Shown piece after piece: positions 1 through 8,732 of a DNA stretch of 64,000 nt. The first letter of the stretch is position 1; each line of letters begins with the position of its first letter. The position numbers and the translations under genes were made by a program. This DNA is from Candidatus Microgenomates bacterium (GTDB lineage Bacteria > Patescibacteriota > Microgenomatia > Daviesbacterales > UBA10151): the NCBI GenBank assembly GCA_016182045.1, contig JACOYE010000009.1, positions 1,328-65,327 on the forward strand, written 5' to 3'. Under the pieces are notes generated by a model. It was not told the DNA's origin, searched no databases, and worked only from the letters and a program-made list of their open reading frames with translations.

Positions 1-115
1 AAAATTTTTACCATTTTTTAATTAAGGATTACAGTGGTGAGCGAAGTCGAACCACTTTTTTGTGGGTAATTTCCAGGTTGTGTACCATAAGTCTGAATAT
101 TATAATAATTGAATA

Positions 116-433
116 ATGCTAAATGGGAAAAATAAAAAATACCTGCATATATCATTGATAATAGGAGTGGCGATTGTACTATTTGGATATTTACAATATA
201 AAGCAAAAGTTGAGGAAACTTATTCCCAAGAAAGAATTTATAATAATAAAGTTGAAAATTTACAAAAATGTCTTAATAATGCTGACAACAGACATGACAA
301 ACAAGGAATAGATTTATGTGAAAGTGTAGGAATGAATTCAACAAATTGTAGCTTACCGAACGATCAGATTCAACAATTAAGACAGGAGAGACAAAAGGAG
401 CGAGAAAACTGCTATAAGACATTTAAAGATTAA
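116..433 (+). CDS. hypothetical membrane-anchored protein
   Basis: ORF with an N-terminal hydrophobic segment (ISLIIGVAIVLFGYL) followed by a polar, coiled region. No recognisable family. Confidence 0.35.
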   Translation: MLNGKNKKYLHISLIIGVAIVLFGYLQYKAKVEETYSQERIYNNKVENLQKCLNNADNRHDKQGIDLCESVGMNSTNCSLPNDQIQQLRQERQKERENCYKTFKD

Positions 434-593
434 AACAACAATTTGCCATCTGTCATATCACCTAGGAGGTAGAGTAGGCTTGACACCTGCGGATTTTTTA
501 CCATTTTTGAGGCTAAGAAGCTATGGGTGATGTGGCCAAGCTAGGCTTGATAGATTGCATAAAGATCTAATCTCGTGTTAGAATAGACTTAAC

Positions 594-788
594 ATGAAAC
601 AAGCAAAAATTCCCACAAATATCTTTAATAAATATCCTGGCAAAAGGGTGGCTATTGTCGAAGGAAAAGTGATCGCCGCATCTTTTGATGCTACTGTTGC
701 TTATGAATCTGCCAAAAAGAAATATCCCAATAAAAAAATTAGCATTTTTGCAGTTCCCCGAAAAGAAGACAAGTACCTCCTGGTATGA
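594..788 (+). CDS. small protein, partner of the retropepsin-like protease (DUF5678-like)
   Basis: 64-aa ORF whose stop overlaps the next start (ATGA at 785-788). This matches the small-protein plus retropepsin pairing seen in prokaryotes. Confidence 0.45.
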   Translation: MKQAKIPTNIFNKYPGKRVAIVEGKVIAASFDATVAYESAKKKYPNKKISIFAVPRKEDKYLLV

Positions 789-1162
789 TTTTCCCCTATA
801 TTGATAACGAGCCTATTGTTCCGCTTGAAATTCAAACAGAGAATAGAGAATGGATTGAATTCCATGCTTATATAGATTCTGGTGCAGGCTATAGTGTTTT
901 CCATTCAGACCACGCGGAGTTGTTGGGTTTAAAGCTTGAGAATGGAAGAAGAGTTTACTTTACTGTTGGTGATGGTTCACAAATTCCCGCTTATGTTCAC
1001 AAAGTCAGTGTAAAGTTTGCAGGGAAAAAGTTTGAGGCACAAATAGCTTTCTCCTCCAGTCTGGGAGTAGGTACTAATCTCTTGGGTCTTGTTTCATTTT
1101 TTGACGAATTTTCATTCTGTTTTCATCACTTCAAGAAGTACGTTGAAATTAAGCAAAGATAA
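785..1162 (+). CDS. retropepsin-like aspartic protease
   Basis: Carries the IDSGAG (D-S/T-G-A) catalytic motif. At ~125 aa it is the size of a single-lobe retroviral-type protease. Confidence 0.65.
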   Translation: MIFPYIDNEPIVPLEIQTENREWIEFHAYIDSGAGYSVFHSDHAELLGLKLENGRRVYFTVGDGSQIPAYVHKVSVKFAGKKFEAQIAFSSSLGVGTNLLGLVSFFDEFSFCFHHFKKYVEIKQR

Positions 1163-1409
1163 TAAGCGGCAAGTTTTAGGACTTTCACTGGTGGTGAGTC
1201 AATCCTTCGACAAACTCAGTGTAAACTTTGTCTAATCCAATCGAACCATGAGAAATATTGTCCAAATTAAAATTTGGAATAACTTTTAATCAAGCTCACT
1301 GTTAGTTCATCGTCTGATAAGGCACGTTTAAGAATACTCTTTAATTTAGTGTTATTTCTCTTATATCTTTTAGTTGGTTTACAAAGACCGCAAGTAGATT
1401 TAGAAACTA

Positions 1410-1688
1410 TCATGTTAATTGAATTTTTAATTTTAGGTTTAGAGCTGAAGCTACTTTTTGTATAAGCCCAATTGACGGGTTAGCACTCATACTCTCCAGC
1501 CTGGAAATAACCGCCTGGGTGGTATTTGCCCTTTTAGCCAGATCTCTTTGTGAGATCTTTTTATGCAGCCTGGCTGCAATAAGTGCTCTGCTGATTTGAT
1601 ACTCAGCCTCTGACTCTTCCCAAGCCTTTTTAAACTCGGGATCTTTTAAACTTTCTTTAAGATGCTGTCTGAATGTGTATATTTTCAT
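1410..1688 (-). CDS. XRE-family HTH antitoxin (HigA-like)
   Basis: Helix-turn-helix motif ISQRDLAKRANTTQAVISRLE. It lies immediately downstream of the Gp49/HigB-like toxin. Confidence 0.7.
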   Translation of the reverse strand: MKIYTFRQHLKESLKDPEFKKAWEESEAEYQISRALIAARLHKKISQRDLAKRANTTQAVISRLESMSANPSIGLIQKVASALNLKLKIQLT

Positions 1689-1712
1689 ATTTTGATGATA
1701 TCCTAAAAGATA

Positions 1713-2060
1713 TCACTTTGTCAAGCTGTCAACTTCTTTTAACCGCACCAAAGCCACATTAATTTCTTTTGTAGGAGTTTTATTAGTCTTTTTAACAAAA
1801 GCGTGGAGCAATAAAACTTGTTTTTCCTGGCGGGTTACATATAAAATCCTTACACTATCTTCTCCTAAAATTCTGATCTCCCAGAGTGGAGTTCCAGTTA
1901 ACTTTTTAATATGTGGGGTAACAGAAGTTAATCCATACTCTTCTATATTAGAAAAAATTCTTAAAGCTTTAACTTTAGCTTTCAAATTAACATCTAGAAA
2001 CTCTTTTACAGGACTGTTACCAGAAAGTAAAATATAGTAATTAACTTTCCATTTATCCAT
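1713..2060 (-). CDS. RelE/ParE-superfamily toxin, Gp49/HigB-like (DUF891)
   Basis: Motifs typical of the phage Gp49-like HigB family: PHIKKL, LWEIRI, RILY and LLHAFVKKTNKTP. Confidence 0.7.
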   Translation of the reverse strand: MDKWKVNYYILLSGNSPVKEFLDVNLKAKVKALRIFSNIEEYGLTSVTPHIKKLTGTPLWEIRILGEDSVRILYVTRQEKQVLLLHAFVKKTNKTPTKEINVALVRLKEVDSLTK

Positions 2061-2065
2061 TGAGA

Positions 2066-2218
2066 CTATTTCTTTTCTTTTTTTAAGTCTCTTGTACTTA
2101 TTAAGACTACTAATGGTTTTCCAGACCGGGTTATAAGAATCTTTTTTCTACCAAAATGAACTTCATTTAAAACCTCTGCAAAATTTTGTCTGGCATATTT
2201 TGCTGTAACAGTTTTCAT
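2066..2218 (-). CDS. Phd/YefM-family antitoxin
   Basis: Internal Met start gives MKTVTAKYARQNFAEVLNEV...GKPLVVLIS, the Phd/YefM signature. The ORF-track start at 2254 adds 12 N-terminal residues with little support. Confidence 0.6.
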   Translation of the reverse strand: MKTVTAKYARQNFAEVLNEVHFGRKKILITRSGKPLVVLISTRDLKKEKK

Positions 2219-2474
2219 TAATAATATTCTATTAACTAAGAGTCTAAAATGCAAATTGTGTACATTTGATACACTTTGTATATATTGACAAGTAGATTTA
2301 AATACAGTTATTATTAAAAAGATATGCTAGACATCAATGTTACATACGGGAATAGCAAATTGAGTAATTGTAAAATGAGTAATTTTCATTTCCTCAAAGA
2401 ATAATTCCCAATAAAATAATTTAATTGGTTAGTTAAATTAGGCCTAATTAACTCCCGGAAAGCGGTGAGTTAAT

Positions 2475-2660
2475 ATGTCAACAATAAGCGGTGGTAGAAA
2501 AGGTCGAAAGATTGGACGTAACAAAGCAAAGTGCGAAAGATACAGGCTTTCCCACCGCCGAGAGAAAAATAAAATTAGAAAAATTCTGAAGCATCTTAAA
2601 AAGCATCCAAATAATACGGCTGCATTAAGGAGGATTGAAGAATTAAAAAGAATAATTTAA
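2475..2660 (+). CDS. small highly basic protein (hypothetical)
   Basis: 61 aa and rich in K and R. It directly precedes a GC-rich structured region. No family recognised. Confidence 0.3.
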   Translation: MSTISGGRKGRKIGRNKAKCERYRLSHRREKNKIRKILKHLKKHPNNTAALRRIEELKRII

Positions 2661-2664
2661 TAAC

Positions 2665-3030
2665 AGGTGGAGGGATAAGCTGACCCCCTCATAATTCCGC
2701 AAGGATAAGTAGAGTTCTGCAAGGTTGCGCGGCATCTAGGCGGGAAACTCCCGACGTAGGTCTAGTAACAACCAGCCTGTTTTGAAATTATTTTAATGGG
2801 TAGTGGCTGAATAATCCGCTATGCAGGGATAAAGCGGCTTCTGCTCCGATGAAAATCGGAGAGCCAACGGCAAGTGCTGAGGCTAAACAGGAGTGCTGGG
2901 AGCCAAAATTGGTTTGACCTGAACCCAAACCGGTCTAACTACTGCAGAGGCTCCAAAACTTGGAAGAGTAGGTTAAGAAGAGGAGAGAAGTCTCTGAATC
3001 AAGACAATTCTTCCCTACCCACTTATTTTT
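2665..3030. ncRNA. unclassified structured RNA candidate
   Basis: About 360 nt with GC content well above the AT-rich surroundings and no credible ORF. Several GNRA-capped hairpins are present (CTCCGAT-GAAA-ATCGGAG, CGGGA-AAC-TCCCG, GGTTTG...CAAACC). The class is unresolved. It is not RNase P, which lies at 34549-34909. Confidence 0.4.
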
Positions 3031-3083
3031 AAGCAAATTTTAGGATTTTTGGGAAATATTGTCTAGCATGGTAAGATTATTTT

Positions 3084-3542
3084 GTGAAGACTGTTTTTGT
3101 TATCATTGCAGTGTTTGCTGTTTTGGTAGCTAGTATCATTTATCTAAACAGATCGAAAATCCCCCAACCTGCTACTCAAATTTCAACCCCTACACCTGTA
3201 TTAGAAGAAAAAGTAAATATTAAAGCCACTTTCACCATCATTACCGGCAATATTACAAGAAGTTTTAGGGCTGAAAAATATCATAATCAATCACCTAATG
3301 TTTATATCCAAAATCCCGATCCTTCAGTTGTCTATGTCACCAAAAAAGGAATTAGATGGAGTGATTTTTTTAATACACTGCCAATGAAACTAACCAAAGA
3401 ATGCTTAACAACAGGCGATGGTGAGACTTTTTGTGATGGCAAAGATGGATCCTTAAAATTTTACCTAAATGATATTGAAACTCCAAATCTTTTAGAAGAG
3501 CAAATTAAAGAAGTTGATAAAGCTCTAATTAAATTTAACTAA
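3084..3542 (+). CDS. hypothetical secreted or membrane-anchored protein
   Basis: N-terminal transmembrane or signal segment (VFVIIAVFAVLVASIIYL). No recognisable domain. Confidence 0.45.
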   Translation: MKTVFVIIAVFAVLVASIIYLNRSKIPQPATQISTPTPVLEEKVNIKATFTIITGNITRSFRAEKYHNQSPNVYIQNPDPSVVYVTKKGIRWSDFFNTLPMKLTKECLTTGDGETFCDGKDGSLKFYLNDIETPNLLEEQIKEVDKALIKFN

Positions 3543-3564
3543 CTGGAAATGCTAAAATACAAGT

Positions 3565-4059
3565 ATGTCACACCACATACATGAGGATTATTTAAGATCT
3601 GCTCTTTTTGGGATACAGGATGGGCTGGTTTCCACCACTGGCGTGGTGGTGGGGATCTCCACCGGAGTTGAGGATAAAGCCATCATCATTTTGGCCTCTT
3701 TAGTGGCAGTCACAGTTGAGGCCTCGTCCATGGCAGCCGGACAATATTCTTCCGAAAAAGCAGTCCATCAGATGGATAAAACCGGAAAGCATACAGACAG
3801 CTTAATAGTAGGAGCTTTGATAATGTTTTTTGGATATTTATTGGGAGGAGTAGTCCCCATCATCCCCACTATTCTTTTTAACCAACCACAAGCCAGGATC
3901 ATTGCCATCATCGCAGCTTTTGTGGGACTTTTTCTTTTGGGGTATGCTAAAGGACAAATCGTAGAACACAAACCCTTAAGATCAGCTGCCGAGCTTTTTA
4001 TCATCGGAGCTCTTGCTACCACCATTGGTCTGGTAGTAGGATATTTATTCAGGGTTTAA
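3565..4059 (+). CDS. VIT1/CCC1-family (DUF125) Fe/Mn transporter
   Basis: N-terminal GIQDGLVSTTGVVVGIS motif and a polytopic membrane topology. Confidence 0.7.
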   Translation: MSHHIHEDYLRSALFGIQDGLVSTTGVVVGISTGVEDKAIIILASLVAVTVEASSMAAGQYSSEKAVHQMDKTGKHTDSLIVGALIMFFGYLLGGVVPIIPTILFNQPQARIIAIIAAFVGLFLLGYAKGQIVEHKPLRSAAELFIIGALATTIGLVVGYLFRV

Positions 4060-4727
4060 TCATATTTAGCAGATAAAAACTGACATTCCGGGAAAGAAAT
4101 ACAGCCGTATTTAATTACCTTGCTCATGGCAGCAAGTCTTTTGCCTAAAATTCTGGCAATTTTTTTATCTCCGTCCGAAAGTTGCTGATTACCCTTGTGT
4201 CCTGAAACATAAACTGCCCCGTAAGGAGAACCTGCATCAAAATCAGATCCCTCTCCCTGAACCGGATAAGGCACCCCTATGGGGATCATGCCCAAATTTA
4301 AAAGAGGGATCATGGTGGAAATAAGCGCCGCTTCCTCTCCGCCATGCATGGAGCCGGCAGAACAAAAAAAGGCAGCCGGTTTCCCGACCATGGTACCCTT
4401 GATAAATACGGGAGAAAGTTGATCTATAAATTGTTTAAGCTGGGAAGCAAAAGATCCAAAATGAACCGGTGTTCCAAAAGCCACCCCATCAGCAGATGTT
4501 AAATCCTCCAAGTTGGCCACAGGAACATCGGCAAAGACTTCCTTGGTTTTTTTTAGTTCCAGCTTGCTCTCAAAAAAACTATCCGGCAAAAGCTCTGGGA
4601 CTTGTTTTATTTCCACTTGTGCTCCTTCAATTTCTTCTGCCCCCTCAGCAATATATTTGGCAAGCTCAGCTGTATGTCCTGTAAATGAGTAAAACAAAAC
4701 TAGAATTTTAAATTTTGTTTCCACCAA
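4056..4727 (-). CDS. wrbA: NAD(P)H:quinone oxidoreductase WrbA (flavodoxin-like)
   Basis: Aligns along its full length with E. coli WrbA (ILVLFYSFTGHT, FGTPVHFGSFASQLKQFIDQ, SPYGA). Confidence 0.8.
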   Translation of the reverse strand: MVETKFKILVLFYSFTGHTAELAKYIAEGAEEIEGAQVEIKQVPELLPDSFFESKLELKKTKEVFADVPVANLEDLTSADGVAFGTPVHFGSFASQLKQFIDQLSPVFIKGTMVGKPAAFFCSAGSMHGGEEAALISTMIPLLNLGMIPIGVPYPVQGEGSDFDAGSPYGAVYVSGHKGNQQLSDGDKKIARILGKRLAAMSKVIKYGCISFPECQFLSAKYD

Positions 4728-5368
4728 TTCATGGTATCATGAAATCAATGGTCAAACAATCTCAATTTAATAGAATAGTTGAATTCGGAATCCCGATATT
4801 ACTGTTGTGGATGTTTTTTCAGTTTTATAACTTTGGAAAAGTTACCCCCTCAGAAATGATTAAAACCACCGGACTTTTGGCTATTAGTCTTTTAGGGATT
4901 ACCCTTCTGATCGGACCTCTTAGCAGAATACTACCCGGTCTGAATTTTCTGAAAGCCTTTCGGAAAACATGGGGCATCTTAAGTTTTGTAGCGGCTTTTA
5001 TGCATACTCTTTTAGTTTATACCTACTTTTTCAAATTTAATTTTTTGCGTTTTATAGATACGTCAAACCCAAAATATGGCGGGATTTTATCTGGGCTTTT
5101 AGCTTTAATAATCCTTCTTTTAGTCACCTTAACCTCCAACCAGAAAGCCATCGATAAACTGTCTCCCAGGATATGGAAGATTATTCAAACCACCAGCTAT
5201 TTAGCTTTAATTTTGGCTGTTTTGCACTTTTATCTGATGGAGCAGGCAGACGGAGCCTTGGTTATCAGAAGACTATTGGGGCAAATCACTTATGTGGCTG
5301 CTATTTTGGTAATCATACTGAGATTATTAATCCTGTTTTTGCCCTCTAAAAAAGAAGCTTCTCACTAG
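4715..5368 (+). CDS. ferric-reductase-like heme-binding membrane domain protein (MsrQ/YedZ-like)
   Basis: Six-TM protein with conserved His in TM helices (WGILSFVAAFMHTLLVY, LAVLHFYL), matching the YedZ/MsrQ architecture. The true start may be an internal Met. Confidence 0.55.
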   Translation: MFPPIHGIMKSMVKQSQFNRIVEFGIPILLLWMFFQFYNFGKVTPSEMIKTTGLLAISLLGITLLIGPLSRILPGLNFLKAFRKTWGILSFVAAFMHTLLVYTYFFKFNFLRFIDTSNPKYGGILSGLLALIILLLVTLTSNQKAIDKLSPRIWKIIQTTSYLALILAVLHFYLMEQADGALVIRRLLGQITYVAAILVIILRLLILFLPSKKEASH

Positions 5369-5452
5369 ATCAGCCATAAAGTTGCCCAACGCCACCATAC
5401 CTGCCAAAAGGACTGTAATGGTTTGTTCACAAACTCCACAAACCCATCCCAA

Positions 5453-6436
5453 TTATTTTCCTTTCATTTTTAAAACATGAGTTACGCCCTTAATAATAGC
5501 TTCTTTGGTTAAACCGAATTTTTCCAAAAGTTCATTTGGCTCGCCGGATTCACCAAATCTATCTTCAACTCCAATAATTTTTATAGGTACCGGATAATTT
5601 TGAGAAACTACCTCCGAAACAGCTGAACCTAATCCTCCATGGATTTGATGTTCTTCCACAGTTACAATTGCCCCACATTCTTCTGCAGCTTTTAGTATGG
5701 TATCTTTATCTAAAGGCTTAATAGTGTGGGAATTTATTACTCGAACACTAATTTTGTGCGATTCCAGCTCTTTCGCAGCTATTAAAGCTCTATACACCAT
5801 TTGACCGCAGGCGATCACAGCTACATCCTTACCATCTAGATAAATCTCTGCTTTACCAATCACAAATGGGGTTTGCTCTGTCGTGATAACAGGCACTTTT
5901 TCCCTGGATAACCTTATATAACAGGGTTGGGGATGATGAGCTATAGCTAAGGTAGCTTTTCTGGCTTCAATGGCATCTGTTGGACAAATCACCACCATAT
6001 TTGGTAAGGCTCTGGTGATGGCCATATCCTCCAAAGCCTGATGTGTAGCACCATCAGGGCCAACAGAAATACCAGCATGGGAACCAATAATTTTGACAGG
6101 TCTATCGTTATAACAAATGGTGGTTCTGATTTGTTCCCAATTCCTGCCTGGGGAAAACATGGCATAAGAGGTGATAAAGGGAATCTTTCCCACCGCTGCC
6201 ATGCCGGAGGCAACAGTTGCTAAATTTTGTTCAGCCACTCCCATCTCCACAAACCTGTCTGGAAATTTATCTTTAAAAGCTTGAGTCCTGGTTGACTCTG
6301 TCAAATCAGCACACAAAGCCACCACATTTTTATTCTCTTCACCAGCTAAAACTAAACCCTCTCCATATCCATTTCTGGAAGGCACTTGCTCAATATCTTC
6401 ATCAAACAGCTTTGTATTTAGATGTGGATCACTCAT
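5453..6436 (-). CDS. transketolase, C-terminal (pyrimidine-binding) subunit
   Basis: Transketolase pyrimidine-binding and C-terminal domains. It forms a split-tkt pair with the upstream ORF, overlapping it by 8 nt. Confidence 0.85.
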   Translation of the reverse strand: MSDPHLNTKLFDEDIEQVPSRNGYGEGLVLAGEENKNVVALCADLTESTRTQAFKDKFPDRFVEMGVAEQNLATVASGMAAVGKIPFITSYAMFSPGRNWEQIRTTICYNDRPVKIIGSHAGISVGPDGATHQALEDMAITRALPNMVVICPTDAIEARKATLAIAHHPQPCYIRLSREKVPVITTEQTPFVIGKAEIYLDGKDVAVIACGQMVYRALIAAKELESHKISVRVINSHTIKPLDKDTILKAAEECGAIVTVEEHQIHGGLGSAVSEVVSQNYPVPIKIIGVEDRFGESGEPNELLEKFGLTKEAIIKGVTHVLKMKGK

Positions 6437-7316
6437 GTTCGCTCCTAATCTTTCCTTGTAAGGTTCTTAGTTCTTTTAAGGCCACTTCTGCCTGATGGCC
6501 TTTTGGTGGAGCTCCTTTGACATCTCCCGCATCTGGTGGAATACCATGCCATTTGAAATCTTTCTCCATAAAATCTACCCCTTTCCCAGGAATAGTGTGA
6601 GCTATAATTACCACTGGTTTTTCATATATGGCCTTTGCTTCATTGCAGGCATCTATAATCTGTTCAAAATTATGCCCGTCAATTTCAAGTGCGTGCCAGC
6701 CAAAAGCTTCATACTTTTCCTTTAAAGGTTCCAAAGGCATGATATTTTCTGTAAAACCATCAATTTGAATATTATTTCTATCCATAATGGCAGTGATATT
6801 ATTCAGTTTATTTTTGCCGGCAAACATAACTGCCTCCCAGGTATTACCAGCATCTTGCTCTCCATCAGACATTAAACAATAAACCCATCTTTTGGAATTA
6901 TCCATCTTCAAAGCCAGAGCCATCCCACAAGCTTGAGATAAGCCGGAACCTAAGGGACCGGAAGTTGTTTCAACACCAGGAAGAGCACCTCTGTGTGGAT
7001 GACCCTGAAGTCTGGTACCCAACTTTCTTAAAGTTTTTAACTCTGAAACAGGAAAATATCCAGCATGTGCTAAAGTAGCATACCAAACAGGACAGATATG
7101 ACCATTTGATAAAACTAACATATCCCTTTCATCCCAGTTCGGATTTTTGGGATCATGTTTTAAAATATGAAAATACAAAGCAGTAAAAATATCTGCCATA
7201 CCCAAAGGACCTGCAGAGTGACCTGATCCAGCTTCAAGCAACATCTTGATGATATCCTGACGGACCAAATTGGCCTTTTCTTCTAATTTATGGAAATCAT
7301 CTATCTTTTTTGACAT
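6429..7316 (-). CDS. transketolase, N-terminal (TPP-binding) subunit
   Basis: TPP-binding region, including GHSAGPLGMADIF and the GDG...N motif. Confidence 0.85.
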   Translation of the reverse strand: MSKKIDDFHKLEEKANLVRQDIIKMLLEAGSGHSAGPLGMADIFTALYFHILKHDPKNPNWDERDMLVLSNGHICPVWYATLAHAGYFPVSELKTLRKLGTRLQGHPHRGALPGVETTSGPLGSGLSQACGMALALKMDNSKRWVYCLMSDGEQDAGNTWEAVMFAGKNKLNNITAIMDRNNIQIDGFTENIMPLEPLKEKYEAFGWHALEIDGHNFEQIIDACNEAKAIYEKPVVIIAHTIPGKGVDFMEKDFKWHGIPPDAGDVKGAPPKGHQAEVALKELRTLQGKIRSEHE

Positions 7317-7339
7317 ACGATAACTGTACCAGCAAATTC

Positions 7340-7999
7340 TTAAAGGGTAAAGGCTTGTTCCTCATCATTGTCAACTCTTAAATGAATATGTTTGCCCTCT
7401 TTTATTTCCCTGCCAAATTCTGTGATGGCCACCAATACTTCATGAGGTGAGTTGACAATTTTAAAAACAGACAAATCACCTTCCCGAAGATGCATATTTT
7501 TTTTAAAAGCTTCAATAATCTCATGCCAAAAATTACCGTAAAGAATCAATGGCTTGTGGTGACCAAAGTAAAGCCGAGCCAGACCCCAAGCCATACCAAA
7601 TTCAGAGATAGTCCCTGTCCCGCCATTTAAAACCACATAAACTTGTCCACGTTCCAAAAGCCTCAAAGTTCTTTCCACATAATTTTGGGTGATAACTTCC
7701 TCATCTACCTGATTTTGCGGATCTTTGCCTTCATACCTGATTATCTCTTTGGGGTAGAATGTCACCCCTGTCACTTTACCGCCTACTGCATGAGCACCTT
7801 CGGTGGCTGCTCTCATCACCCCTGGCCCTCCGCCATTAACCACCAAATAACCAGTTTGAGCCAATATTTTGGCCACATTAAAGGCATCTTTGTAAAGGTT
7901 ACTATTCACTGGCGCATCGGCAAATCCAAAAATGGCCACCCGGTCAATATTTCCCGCCTTCTCGTGATCTTTTGGATTTTCGCAGTTAAGGTTATCCAT
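7340..7999 (-). CDS. LOG-family (TIGR00730) nucleotide 5'-monophosphate phosphoribohydrolase
   Basis: GGGPGVM and LNGGTGTISE motifs of the LOG / lysine-decarboxylase-like family. Confidence 0.8.
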   Translation of the reverse strand: MDNLNCENPKDHEKAGNIDRVAIFGFADAPVNSNLYKDAFNVAKILAQTGYLVVNGGGPGVMRAATEGAHAVGGKVTGVTFYPKEIIRYEGKDPQNQVDEEVITQNYVERTLRLLERGQVYVVLNGGTGTISEFGMAWGLARLYFGHHKPLILYGNFWHEIIEAFKKNMHLREGDLSVFKIVNSPHEVLVAITEFGREIKEGKHIHLRVDNDEEQAFTL

Positions 8000-8639
8000 G
8001 TATTGCTTCCCACAATCTTTCTAAATTTTCATCAATATCTCCCTTAAAAAGAAACGATCCCACCGCCAAATTATCTACTCCAGCTTCCACCAAACTTTTT
8101 ACTGTTTGCGGATTTATTCCCCCATCTTCTCCAATCAAAAAATCATATTTTAATTTCAACTGTGCCAGTTTCTTGATTTTATCCAAAGTCTCCGGTATCA
8201 ATTTTTGTCCTTGAAATCCCGGACGTACTCCCATTACTAACACTAGATCTATTCTATCAAGAAACTCTAGTAATTTATCTACCTCAGTTTCAGGGTTTAT
8301 TGATAATCCAACTTGGATGTGATAATTTTTCACCTGCGTTATCAATTCAGCAGTATTTCCCACTTCAATAGGAAAAATGATCCTTTTAAATCCTAATTCA
8401 ACCAACTCATCAATCCAATCTTGTGGGTCAGCCACCATGAGTTGAGCTTCTTTTTGGGAATTAATGGGATATTTGGCAACCACCTCCAAGCCAATACTCA
8501 AATTTGGAACAAATTTATTGTCCATGAGGTCAATTTGTACCCAACCATCTTTGAAGGCACCGCTAGATTGAATCTGTTCTATCTGTTTTTTATAACCTTC
8601 TTCAGTTGTGGCAAATACTGTGGGTAAAATTTGTACCAT
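7992..8639 (-). CDS. rpe: ribulose-phosphate 3-epimerase
   Basis: Full-length Rpe similarity (DLMDNKFVPN, GVDNLAVGS). Confidence 0.85.
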   Translation of the reverse strand: MVQILPTVFATTEEGYKKQIEQIQSSGAFKDGWVQIDLMDNKFVPNLSIGLEVVAKYPINSQKEAQLMVADPQDWIDELVELGFKRIIFPIEVGNTAELITQVKNYHIQVGLSINPETEVDKLLEFLDRIDLVLVMGVRPGFQGQKLIPETLDKIKKLAQLKLKYDFLIGEDGGINPQTVKSLVEAGVDNLAVGSFLFKGDIDENLERLWEAIHG

Positions 8640-8732
8640 AAAGCTCTTCCCTTGTCAAAAATGATCATTTAGATCATTTTTGCAAGCGATCTCCTTCGTG
8701 AAGAAAAGTTTGAGATCAATTTTAACTTTTCT

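Noticed and set aside
2665-3030. RNase P RNA or tmRNA identity for the first GC-rich region
   Set aside because: GGAAACTCCCGAC and GAACCCAAACCGG superficially resemble the P4 strands, but they are not complementary to each other, and the real rnpB is at 34549-34909. No tRNA-like T-arm, acceptor helix or ...LAA tag frame was found on either strand for tmRNA.
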